A DNA stretch of 64,000 nucleotides from Octopus sinensis (Eukaryota). The notes under the pieces were generated by a model. The model did no database searches and was not told the DNA's origin. It saw only the letters and a list, made by a program, of their open reading frames with translations. Below are positions 12,060 through 23,521 of the stretch, one piece after another. Position numbers and translations under genes: made by a program. The stretch is from positions 5,704,001-5,768,000 of the forward strand of contig NC_043005.1 of assembly GCF_006345805.1 (NCBI RefSeq), given 5' to 3'. Numbering within the stretch: position 1 is the first letter of the stretch; each line of letters begins with the position of its first letter.

Positions 12060-13390
12060 ATGATTAAAAGAAATAAGGGCATCTGCCTCAACATACTCTC
12101 ATCTGACCCACAAAAGTATAAAAATTTGCTTTATGAAAGTTTAGTTTGGAGAGATTATGGATGCTTCGTATAGGCTGTGCATCTGCAGGGGCTTTTGGTC
12201 CATACATAGACAGCTCTATTATGTTGTGATCCAAGACCAACATCGGTATCACTTTAACATTATGGATAATGTCCATATTGTTTGGGAAGCAGAGATCCAG
12301 TATATTATTTGCCCTGGTTAGTTGCAGCACAATTTGCTCCATGAAAGAGGCATTTGTGAGGTGGAGCAGGGACTCTGCCTGTGCTTGCTGATGGTGTGTC
12401 ATCCCTGAGAGCATCTGTCCCCCCAGGTCATTCCACATTGGGGAAGTTAAAGTCGCCCATGAAGAATACACTGTTGTGTTGTTCCAGTTTGGTGAGAACT
12501 TCTATTTTTGTTAGGCAGTCTTCAAACATGCCTGTGTGATTTGGAGCATCCAGTTGGCGATATGTAGTACATATGACGATATTCAGTTGTCTTATATGTA
12601 CAATTTGAGTGTCACACACTGAGTTTGAATATGACAACAGGACCTGGGGCGTGAGGTCATCTCGGATGTACACTGCAACTCCACCATGACTCTTCACTTT
12701 TCTATCTGAGTGTATGACAACATATTGCGGTATGTTTATTTCTGCATCCCCTATATCAGGTCCAAGATGCATTTCTATGAGTGCCATGCATATAGCTTGA
12801 TTGCGTGCCACAAGGTCTCTCAGGAATGAGATTTTCCTTTTACAGTTGCCGCGCAGCAGCCCTCCTACGTTCAGTAGAAATATTTTTGTGGTGTGTGTGT
12901 TGGTGTCTGTGGTGGCCATCCTGCATCTGTTGGTGGTGGTCTTGTATGGTGGTAGGTATAGTTCCAACTTTGTGTTTGTAGTTAGGTCAGCTGCTGGACA
13001 ATTTTTTGTGCCATGCACAAAAAAGATTGCTGTTCAGCTGCTGCCCTTCTCACATCTGGGTAAAGCTGGCCATTTGTTGGGCCATGCAGTATCCTTTTTA
13101 GACTGCACACTACATCCGCATATCGTCTTTCGGGAGTAGACAGCACGCCATTTTTCCTTCATTGGTATCTTAATTTTTCTTTTTGTCCTCCTCTTGGGAG
13201 GGATTGTTGTCTTGGGCCCATGCGGTTTTGACAGGGCTTCTCATGTGCAAAACGATAGTTTGCACCATCATCACCATGCCAGCAGTTTCCTTACAGGTAA
13301 AATTTGCAGATGCTGCTGATTTTGCCCTTGAAACTTCTGTGGCTCTTGCTAGGGCTCTTCTGTTTTGTCTGAACAGTTTTTGTTGTGTTC
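12060..13390 (-). mobile_element. 5' part of a CR1/L2-group LINE (ORF1 remnant and APE endonuclease)
   Basis: ORFs 12428..13018 and 12088..12471: LNVGGL...ALIEMHL...DRKVKSHGGVAVYIR...MGDFNFP...NILDLCF; upstream degenerate CCCH finger ICKFYL*GNCWHGDDGANYRFAH. Confidence 0.8.
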
Positions 13391-13432
13391 TTTTTATTTA
13401 TTTATATATGTATATATATATATATATATATA

Positions 13433-16400
13433 CATCATCATCATCGTTTAACGTCTGCTTTTCATGCTAGCATGGGTTGGACGATTTGACTGAGGGCTGG
13501 CAAACCAGATGGCTGCACCAGGCTCCAATCTTGATCTGGCAGAGTTTCTACAGCTGGATGCCCTTCCTAACGCCAACCACTCTGAGAGTGTGGTGGGTGC
13601 TTTTATGTGCCACCGGTATGGGGGCCAGTCAGGTGGTACTGGCAACAACCTTGCTCAAATGTTTTTACACGTGCCAGTAAGGCAACGCTGGTAATGATCA
13701 CGTTCGAATGCTGTCTTTTACGTGCCACCGGCATGGAAGCCAGTTTGCCACTCTGGCAATGATCACGCTCGGATGGTGCTCTTAGCACCCTACTAGCATG
13801 TGGCATAAGTGCCAGTAAGGCGACGCTGGTAACAATCACACTCGAATGGTGCCCTTTTATGTGTCACTGGCACAGAAGCCGGTTAGCCGCTCTGTCAAAT
13901 GATCACACTCATATGGTGCTCTTTGCACCCCGCTAGCATGGACGCCAGTCATCGAATTTGATTTTGATTTCACTTGCCTCAACAGGTCTTCACCAGCAGA
14001 GTTTAGTGTCCAAAGAAGGAAAAGGTACGCATAAGTGGGCTGGTTACACCTCTGGAATAGGCCACGAGGTTATGGTCTCATTTGGCTTGCTGGGTCTTCT
14101 CAAACACAGCATATTTCCAAAAGTCTTGGTCACTAGTCATTTCCTTGGTGAGGGGCCTAAAGTTCGAAGGTTGTGCTTCACCACTTCATCCTAGGTCTTT
14201 CCGGGTCTACCTCTTCCACAGGTTCCCTCAACCGCTAGGGTGTGGCACTTTTTCACACAGCTATCCTCATCCATTCTCGCCACATGACCATACCAGCACA
14301 ATCATCTCTCTTGCACACCACATCTGATGCTTCTTAGGTCCAACTTTTCTCTCAAGGTACTTACGCTCTGTCGAGTATGCACACTGACATTACACATCCA
14401 TCGGAGCATACTGGCTTCATTCCTTGCGAGTTTACGCATGTTCTCAGCAGTCACAGCCCATGTTTCACTGCCATGTAGCATGGCTGTTCGTACATATGCG
14501 TCATACAGTCTACCTTTTACTCTGAGAGAGAGGCACTTTGTCACCAGCAGAGGTAAGAGCTCTCTGAACTTTGCCCAGGTTATTCTTATTCTAGTAGCTA
14601 CACTTTCAGCGCACCCTCCCCAGCAACTGACTAGGTCACCTAGGTAATAGAAGCTATCGACTACTTCTTGTTTTTCTCCCTGGAATGTGGCAGAAGTTGT
14701 TCTCTGCATATTTTCAGTATTATTTATAGCTCCCGAGCATCTGTCACATACAAAAACTATCTTCCCAGTTAGCCTTCCTTTGATATTACTGCACCGCTTA
14801 TGTGTCCATAGCTTACACTGGGCACATCTTATAGAGTTTCTACCTCCACCTCTACTACAGATCGAGCCGAGCCATCTACCTGAAAGGATTTGTGGTTTGC
14901 TTGCCTTCCTACTTATTAGGACTTTGGATTTAGCTAGGTTGACTCTAAGGCCCTTCGATTCTGATCCTTGTTTCCACACTTGAAACTTCTCTTCTAGTTC
15001 TGATAGTGACTCAGCAATTAGAGCATGGTCATCAGCATAGAGGAGCTCCCAGGGGCATCCTGTCTTGAATTCCTCCGTTATTGCCTGGAGGACTATGATA
15101 AATAGGAGGAGGCTGAGGACTGAACCTTGGTGGGCCCTACATCTACCCTGAATTCTTCAGTGTACTCGTTGCTAACCCTCACCTTACTGACAGTGTCCCT
15201 GTACATGGCTTGCACGGCTCTCACTAACCATTCATCTATCCCTAGTTTCCTCATTGACCACCAGATAAGGGATCGGGGGACCTTGTGAAAGGCTTTCTCC
15301 ATATCAACGAAAGCTAGGTACGGGGGCTTATCTTTGGCTAGGTATTTCTCCTGCAGCTGTCTTATCAGAAATATAGCATTAGTGGTGCTTTTCCCTGGCA
15401 CGAAACTAAACTGCATCTCATCCAAACTGACTCTCTCCCTAATTAGTTGGGCTATGACCCTCTCCGTGACCTTCATAACCTGATCCAACAGCTTGATATC
15501 TCTGTAATTATTTGTATCTAAAGCGTCACCTTTACCTTTGTAGCAGTTGACTATTATGCTGCTACACCAGTCATTGGGTATGACTCCTTCGTGTACCACC
15601 TGGTTAACTATACGGGTGACTAGACTATAACTGACACTGCCAGATATTTTGAGCATCTCTGCAGTAATTCCTGATGGGCCAGGGGCTTTCCCTGTCTTCA
15701 TACTTTTAATTGCTTTATCTACCAAGGTACTGTCAACTCGGATAGCTGGTCCTCCTGTTGGGTCGACATTCGGCAGACTCTCTTTCTCCCATTCATTTTC
15801 CTTATTCAGCAACCTTTCATAGTGGCATTTTCAAACCTCTCTCTTTGCATCCTCATTTAGCGCAAGTGAACCATCATCCATGCGAACACATTTCTCTGCT
15901 ACAACATCATGATTCTCTCTCACACACTGTCTTGCAACATGAAATACCTCAAGTCTTTGGTCCTCATGGCACAGAACATTGGCAAATTTTTTCTTATCTG
16001 CTTCCCCTCTGGCTAAATAAACCTGCCTCTTAGCTTCCCTTCTGGCAGTCTGATAGAATTCCCTGCTACCACCGTTCTTCCAGTCCTTCCAAGCCTGTTT
16101 CTTTTCTCTAATAGACCTGTCAACAACATTGTTCCACCACCATGTTATTTTAGATCGAGAGGGGACTTAGTACCATCCACAGATCTGGTCAGTGGCCCTT
16201 AGCTGATTGTCCTGTAGAAACCTCCAGTTGTCTTCTATATTGTGTGAAGCTATATCCCCTTCTATTTTGTCAAAGGCTTCAAGTAATATGTCTCTAAATC
16301 TCTGTCCATTTCAGGATCTTTAAGTCTCCAGACCCTTCTTCTCCATGCTGGTCGTCTTCTGGGCATCCATTTAGCCCTGATCCTAAAGTCACTAACTACC

Positions 16401-17030
16401 ATTCTATGTTGTGGGGTACATTCTTCGCCTGAGAAGGTTTTAGCATTTATAAGCAGCCATCTTTCCCTTTTTCTCGTGAGGATGTAGTCAATTTGACTAG
16501 TGTGTCAGCCAGAGCGGTAGGTGACTGACAGGTTTTCTGAAGTTAGTATTGCAAACCATAAGATCATTTGCATCACAGAACTCCAACAGCCTGGTTCCCT
16601 CCTCATTGCGAGAGCCAAAACCGTAGCCTCCATGTACACCATGGAAGCCCCCAGCATGTTGTCCAACATGTCCATTGAAGTCACCAGCCACTAAGAGAAG
16701 GTCCCTGTCATTCGTCAATGCGGTAGTCTGCAAGAGGGTATCATAGAATCGGTCTTTCTGTCCATCAGGTAGCCCTGGCTGAGGGGCATAGACCGAGATA
16801 ATGGTTGCTAACCCATGATGGAGCTCTAATCTAATCTTAAGTATTCTGTTGCATACTCTGACTACCTCAGTTACCTTATCTACCCATTTCTCCGCAAGAA
16901 GTATACCCACACCCCCGACCCCATCAGTGTTCCCTGCCCAGAAAATCTTGTACCTGTGTTCTTTGCCTATGAAGAACCTAGCAGAACCTACTCTCCACCT
17001 TACTTCTTGGATGCAGCATATATCGACATG
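13433..17030 (-). mobile_element. RTE-clade LINE, near-complete ORF (APE + RT), (GAT)n tail at left
   Basis: ORFs 16497..17045 (CCIQEVRW, SVYAPQ, AGDFNGHVG), 15093..15812 (KAPGPSGITAEMLK, FVDMEKAF) and 14302..14979; YADD-equivalent at about 15050; (CAT)n at 13433; frameshifted. Confidence 0.95.
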
Positions 17031-17048
17031 TACATATATATACATATG

Positions 17049-17099
<51 letters not shown>

Positions 17100-17187
17100 A
17101 AATCAAATTGCGATAAAATAAAAATAATTATAATCGCTGGTATTACTAACACAAGCCATATATTTTTCATATATCAGTACATTACTA

Positions 17188-17246
<59 letters not shown>

Positions 17247-17255
17247 CATATATAT
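17031..17255. repeat. (TA)n microsatellites
   Basis: Long TA runs at 17031-17096 and about 17195-17255. Confidence 0.95.
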
Positions 17256-18284
17256 GTAAAACTGAGAACGTGTGTGTGTCTGTCTGTCTGTCTGTGTGTT
17301 TCCCTAAAACTTGAGAACTACACAACCAATTTCATTCAAATTTTATACATGCCTTACTTAAGGTCCGGGGAGTGTCATCGGCAAAATAAATTTTAACTTT
17401 TTCCCTAGGGCAACCCCACAGCAATATCATATCTTCTCCATTTCAGTATTGCATGTTAAAAGTGAAACAAAAACATCTCTTTATTGTAATGCAGACACTT
17501 TCACTTTAATACTGAAACTATTAAAGTGAAAGTATTATATAACAGGGATGAACCATTAACAGAGGTCATCCATTTTGCTAGAAGAAGATCCACTATGGTC
17601 TTATATGCTACACCACTGGTTTTCAATTCATATTAATCAAATTAATATTCAATTTTTCACCCTTATTATGTGTGTGTGTGTGTATTAGCAATTCATATAA
17701 AATTGCATCAATGACTTGAACTTGAATAAGTGGTTTCACATAAATGGGGATACATTAAGAAGGTTTGTTGTTATTATTATTACTGTTTCACTATTGTAAT
17801 CACGTTTGTTGGTTCCTCGTCAGGGAAACGTTGTTGTGTTGCATTTGTTAAATAAATGTAAACCGTAACCCTCCCCCTTTCGGAGAAGGGGCTTTGGCTA
17901 TTGTTTAAAAATTGAATTGTGTCCCTGTTTAGGGAAATTGACAATATTTTCACCATCTTTACGGAAGCATTTTTGTTAAAATGCCTTCGATAGAAGAAAG
18001 TCTAAAAATGAATTTCGCTGCAGCCGTACACTTCTATACAAGAGGGAGGACAAGATCCAATTGATCGAAATTGCAAGAGACGGGCCTACAATTCCAGTCT
18101 GTTATATATTTTGTGTATTGTTATCACTAGCGATATCAAGATATAACTTTGTATTTTGTATTTTATGTGTAGATGTATATATATAGATGTACATGTAATA
18201 TGTACACATATATATACACATATATACATGCATAATATATCTACTCATACACACATACGCACACACACACATACATAGGGGCAG

Positions 18285-18415
18285 GTGTGGCTGTGTGGTA
18301 ACAAACTACATTCCAAACACATGGTCCTGGGTTCAGTCCCACTGTGTGGTGACTTGGCATGTGTCTTCTGCTGTAGTCTCAGACCAACAAAAGCCTTCTC
18401 AGTGGATTTTGTACA
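18285..18415 (+). mobile_element. tRNA-type SINE nested in the Helitron
   Basis: ggctgtgtggtaacaaa...tcctgggttcagtccc (A/B-box-like head). Related copies at about 24990-25080(-), 27560-27700(-), 34020-34110(+), 41660-41780(+), 43425-43575(+), 58030-58170(+), 61440-61580(-), 63500-63630(-). Confidence 0.8.
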
Positions 18416-18618
18416 TATATACAGGCATACATACATATATATACATGCATACGTACATATTCGGCATAAACACTCTACCACTACAACTAATAACTGTTGG
18501 GAAGACTTTCAAACCTGCCTTACATTTGAACCGGAATCTCAAAAACATTGTCCCCTTACATCTCATTCTCATTTCATTCCCAACACAGGGAAATAAAACT
18601 TACTTCTCACTAGGGACA

Positions 18619-20016
18619 ATGGATGATGGTAACAGATATTTACCACATGCTACCTTATCAAGTGAAGTATATTGTCAGCTGCAGGCCTACAGAACTATTC
18701 TTAACAGTGTACGCCAACGCGAGGGACGAATCTTCTTCCTCGATGCTCATGGAGGGACAGGAAAAACATTTATTACAAAGCTTCTCCTTGCAGAAGTTAG
18801 GCAGCATCAGGACATTGCAGTAGTTGTAGCCTCCTCTGGCATTGCGGCTACTTTCTTACCCGGTGGCAGGACAGCACACTCAACTTTTAAACTCCCTCTC
18901 AATTTAGCAGCATCCGAAATGCCTTCATGCAACATCAACAAAAGCTCAGATCAGGGACAAGTACTTAAAATGTGTCATCTAATTGTCTGGAATGAGTGCA
19001 CTATGGCTCACAAGGAAGCTTTGGAAGCATTAGATAGAGCCCTGAAAGATATCCGAGACTGTCAGGCTCCAATGGGCGGTGTAACGCTTCTGTTGTCAGA
19101 TGATTTCGGGCAAACTCTTCCTGTCATTCCCAAAGGCACTAGAGCAGATGAAGTCCAAGCATGCCTAAAGTCCTCTACCCTGTGGCATCATGTTACAATC
19201 CTCAGTCTCACCACTAACATGAGAGCTCAGCTACATGGCGACAAAATGTCCACAAAGTTTGCACAGGACATTTTGACACTTGGTGAAGGCAAGATGCCTC
19301 TCAATGCTGCAGAAAAAATGGAAGTGTGGTCATTTTCCTCTGTTGTTAATTCTGTAGATGACCTCAAAAACAAAGTCTTTCCCAACTTCACACAAAACTA
19401 CCAAAATCACAATTGGCTGTGTGAAAGAGCAATATTAGCTCCAAAAAACGTTGCTGTTAACAAAATTAATCAACAGCTAATGCATTCTCTTCCTGGCACT
19501 ATACACACTTACAAGTCTGTTGATACAATTCCAGATATAAATGAAGTTGTGAACTATCCTCCTGAATTTCTCAATTCACTGGAGCCCTCCTCGACTACCT
19601 CCACACATATTGGAACTCCTGTAATGCTACTCCGCAATCTGAAACCACCAAGACTTTGCAATGGAACACGACTGGTGATAAAGAAAATAATGTCACACGT
19701 TATCGAGGCGATCATTCTCTCTGGATGTGGAAAAGGTGATGACGTCTTTATTCCAAGAATTCCTCTTACTCTATCAGGAGCAGAAATTCCATTTACATTC
19801 AGAAGACTGCAATTCCCCCTTCGTGTCAGCTTTGCCATGTCCATTAACAAATCTCAGGGTCAAACCCTCTCTGTAGCTGGTCTTCTCTTGGAAGAGCCCT
19901 GCTTCTCGCATGGGCAACTGTATGTTGGCTGCTCAAGAGTAGGAACCAAAAGAAACCTTTTTGTATATGCTCCACAAGGAAAAACAAGGAACATTGTTTA
20001 CAACGAGGTGTTATAA
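18619..20016 (+). CDS. Helitron-derived Pif1-family helicase ORF (465 aa from the internal Met; catalytic motifs altered)
   Basis: FFLDAHGGTGKTF, ASSGIAATFLPGGRTAHSTFKLPL, IVWNECTM, DDFGQTLPV, MLLRNL...LCNGTRL, RRLQFP...FAMSINKSQGQTL, FSHGQLYVGCSRV; no stop between 18295 and 20013. Confidence 0.85.
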   Translation: MDDGNRYLPHATLSSEVYCQLQAYRTILNSVRQREGRIFFLDAHGGTGKTFITKLLLAEVRQHQDIAVVVASSGIAATFLPGGRTAHSTFKLPLNLAASEMPSCNINKSSDQGQVLKMCHLIVWNECTMAHKEALEALDRALKDIRDCQAPMGGVTLLLSDDFGQTLPVIPKGTRADEVQACLKSSTLWHHVTILSLTTNMRAQLHGDKMSTKFAQDILTLGEGKMPLNAAEKMEVWSFSSVVNSVDDLKNKVFPNFTQNYQNHNWLCERAILAPKNVAVNKINQQLMHSLPGTIHTYKSVDTIPDINEVVNYPPEFLNSLEPSSTTSTHIGTPVMLLRNLKPPRLCNGTRLVIKKIMSHVIEAIILSGCGKGDDVFIPRIPLTLSGAEIPFTFRRLQFPLRVSFAMSINKSQGQTLSVAGLLLEEPCFSHGQLYVGCSRVGTKRNLFVYAPQGKTRNIVYNEVL

Positions 20017-20280
20017 TCTCAGCAGCCAGGAGGTATATACATGATCCCCTTTTTTTTTTAACAAACTTCATGTACTTTCGTGTATTTATATTACTATACA
20101 TATATGTGTGTGTATCCATATATATATATAACAGAAAAGTCTAATTCTTCAATTGAATGTAACCGGGCAACGCCGGGTATTTCTGCTAGTATATATAGAC
20201 ATATATATATATACGTATATATATACATATATATATATATATACGTGTGTATATATATATATATACATGTGTGTATATAT

Positions 20281-22328
20281 CATCATCATCATCATCATCA
20301 TTTAGCGTCCGTTTTCCATGCTAGCATGGGTTGGACGGTTCAACTGGGGTTTGGGGAGCCCGAAGGCTGCACCAGGCCAGTCAGATCTGGCAGTGTTTCT
20401 ACAGCTGGATGCCCTTCCTAACGCCAACCACTCCGAGAGTGTAGTGGGTGATTTTATGTGCCACCGACACAGGTGCCAGACGAGGCTGGCGAACGGCCAC
20501 GCTCGGATGGTGTTTTTATGTGCCACCGACACAGGTGCCAGACGAGGCTGGCAGACGGCCACGCTCGGATGGTGTTTTTATGTGCCACCGACACAGGTGC
20601 CAGATGAGGCTGGCGGACGGCCACGATCGGATGGTGTTTGTTACGTCCCCAAAGCACGGAGGCCAGTCTATGCGGTACTGGCTACGGCCACGTTCGGATG
20701 ATTTTCTTGTGTGCCACCGGCACTGGTACCACAAAGATACAAATTCCATTGATGTTCATCTATTTTGATTTGATTTGATTTTCACTTGCCTCAACAGGTC
20801 TTCACAAGTGTCACAAGGAAGGTATGCACAGGTGGACTGACTACGTCCCAGGTAGGGCCCACGGGTTATGGCCTGACTAGTCTTGCCGGGTCTTCGGATG
20901 GTGTTTTTATGTGCCACCGACTCAGGTGCCAGATGAGGCTGGCGAACGGCCACGATCGGATGGTGTTTGTTGCGTGCCCACAGCACGGAGGCCAGTCGAT
21001 GCGGTACTGGCTACGGCCACGTTCGGATGGTTTTCTTGTGTGCCACCGGCACTGGTACCACAAAGATACAAATTCCATTGATGTTCATCTATTTTGATTT
21101 GATTTGATTTGATTTTCACTTGCCTCAACATGTCTTCACAGGTCTTCACAAGTGTCACAAGAAGGAAGGAAGGTATGCACAGGTGGACTGACTACGTCCC
21201 AAGTAGGGGCCACGGGTTATGGCCTGACTAGTCTTACCGGGTCTTCGGTTGGTGTTTTTATGTGCCACCGACACAGGTGCCAGATGAGGCTGGCGGACGG
21301 CCACGATCGGATGGTGTTTGTTATGTTCCCACATCACAGAGGCCAGTCGATGCGGTACTGGCTACGGCCACGTTCGGATGGTTTTCTTGTGTGCCACCGG
21401 TACTGGTACCACAAAGATACAAATTCCATTGATGTTCATCTATTTTGATTTGGTTTGATTTGATTTTGATTTTGATTTGATTTGATTTTCACTTGCCTCA
21501 ACAGGTCTACACAAGTGTCACACACTTGCCTCAACAGGTCTTCACAAGTGTCATAAGTAGGAAGGTATGCACAGGTGGACTGACTACGTCGCCGGGTCTT
21601 CGGATGGTGTTTTTATGTGCCACCGACACAGGTGCCAGATGTGGCTGGCGAACGGCCACAATCGGATGGTGTTTGTTGTGCCCACAGCACGGAGGCCAGT
21701 CGATGCGGTACTGGCTACGGCCATGTTTGGGTGGTTTTCTTGTGTGCCACCGGCACTGGTACCACAAAGAATACAATTCCACTGATGTTCATCTATTTTG
21801 ATTTGTTTTGATTTGATTTTCACTTGCCTCAACAGGTCTTCATAAGTGTCACAAGAAGGAAGGTATGCACAGGAGGACTGACTACGTCCCAGGTAGGGGC
21901 CACGGGTTATGGCCTGACTAGTCTTGCCGGGTCTTCTCACGCACAGCATGCTTCCATAGGTCTCGGTCTCTAGACATTTCCTTAGTGAGACCTAAAGTTC
22001 GAAGGTCGTGCTTCACCACCTCGTCCCAGGTTTTCCTGGGTCTACCTCTTCCACAGGTTCCCTCAACTGCTAGGGTGTAGCACTTTTGCACACAACTATC
22101 TTCAGCCTTTCTCGTCACATGACCATACCAGCGCAGCCGTCTCTCTTGCACGCCACAACTGACGCTTCTTAGGTTCAACTTTTCTCTCAAGGAACTTACA
22201 CTCTGACGATTATGAACACTGACATTACACATCCATCGGAGCATACTGGCTTCATTTCTTGCGAGCTTACGCATATCCTCAGCAGTCACGGCCCATGTTT
22301 CACTACCATGTAGCATGGCTGTACGTAC
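20281..22328 (-). mobile_element. 5'-truncated RTE LINE with expanded 3' UTR
   Basis: ORF 21918..22367: VRTAMLHGSETWAVT...GRGRPRKTWDEVVKHDL...KTRQD*; conserved 3' terminus and (CAT)n at 20281. Confidence 0.95.
20457..21935. repeat. Hierarchical tandem array (3 x 62 bp; 4 x ~330-355 bp)
   Basis: tgtgccaccgac at 20457, 20519 and 20581; long units begin with cggNtggtgttt at 20566, 20895, 21246 and 21601. Confidence 0.95.
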
Positions 22329-22347
22329 ATATATATATATATATATA

Positions 22348-23322
22348 CATGCTGATGACCTTGCCATGCTGATGACCTTGCTAATGCTGATGACCTTGCT
22401 CTAATTGCTGAGTCACTATCAGAACTGGAGGAGAAGTTTCAGGTGTGGAAGCAAGGTTTAGAATCGAAGGGCCTTAGAGTCAATCTAGCTAAAACCAAAG
22501 TCGTAATAAGTAGGAAGGCAGACAAATCACAAACGCCTTCAGGTAGATGGCCCTGCTCGATCTGTAGAAAAGGTGTAGGTAGAAACTCTATAAGATGCAC
22601 CAAGTGTAAGCTATGGACACATAAGAGGTGCAGCAATGTCAAAGGAAGGCTAACTAGGAAGATGGTTTTTGTATGTGGCAGATGCTCGGGAGCATTAACC
22701 TCTGAAAATCTGCAGAAAGCAACTTTCGTCACTTTCCAGGGAGAAAAACAAGAAGTAGTCGATAGCTTCTATTACCTAGGTGACCTAGTCAGTAGTGGGG
22801 GTGAGTGTGCTGAAAGTGTTGAGGCAAGCGAAGTCGATATCGAACCTCATCCAACGACAGGACCTGTTGGGGCAAGTGAGATCGGAATTGAAATTGAACC
22901 AATCCTATGACTGGCACCCGGCAGATGCCAGGACCCCTGGACTGGAGATACGTAAAAAGCACTATCCGAATCGTGACCGATGCCAGAGCCGCCTCGACTG
23001 GCTTCCGTGTCGGTGGCACGTAAAAAGCACCATCTGAATCGTGGCCAAAGCCAATGCCGCCTTGGCTGGCTTCCATGCAGGTGGCACGTAAAATGCACCA
23101 ATCCGACCGTGGCCGATGCCAGCCTCGCCTGGCACCAGTGCAGGTGGCACGTAAAAAGCACCCACTACACTCACGGAGTGGTTGGTGTTAGGAAGGGCAT
23201 CCAGCTGTAGAAACATTGCCAGATAAGACCGGAGCCTGGTGCAGCCTTCTGGCTTCCCAGATCCCCGGTCGAACCGTCCAACCCATGCTAGCATGGAGAA
23301 CGGACGTTAAACGATGATGATG
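22348..23322 (+). mobile_element. RTE LINE fragment: YADD to GGECAESV, then a jump to a 3' UTR with (GAT)n tail
   Basis: ORF 22443..22910: WKQGLESKGLRVNLAKTK...RCTKCKLWTHKRCS...DSFYYLGD; tail ttaaacgatgatgatg at about 23307-23322. Confidence 0.9.

Positions 23323-23521
<199 letters not shown>

Larger units (their letters stand above)
17255..20189 (+). mobile_element. Internally deleted Helitron
   Basis: 3' end has the GC hairpin ccgggcaacgccggg, then CTAG (20186-89), then T; 5' region aaaactgagaacg(tg/tctg)n typical of Helitron heads; Pif1 helicase inside. 5' TC is obscured by (TA)n. No Rep domain seen. Confidence 0.85.

Noticed and set aside
17795-17900. CTGACGA and a GAAA-tetraloop hairpin on the minus strand as a hammerhead
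   Set aside because: CTGACGA sits in a simple hairpin loop; no stem II or stem I arrangement could be built.
18285-18415. tRNA gene
   Set aside because: A/B-box-like head only; it continues into a SINE body and no cloverleaf closes.
18295-18618. N-terminal 108 aa of the 573-aa ORF as real protein
   Set aside because: It translates a SINE, a microsatellite and another repeat; helicase similarity starts near 18670.
20457-20640. 62-bp repeats as a CRISPR array
   Set aside because: Units are contiguous with no unique spacers, lie in a LINE 3' UTR, and the context is eukaryotic with no cas genes.
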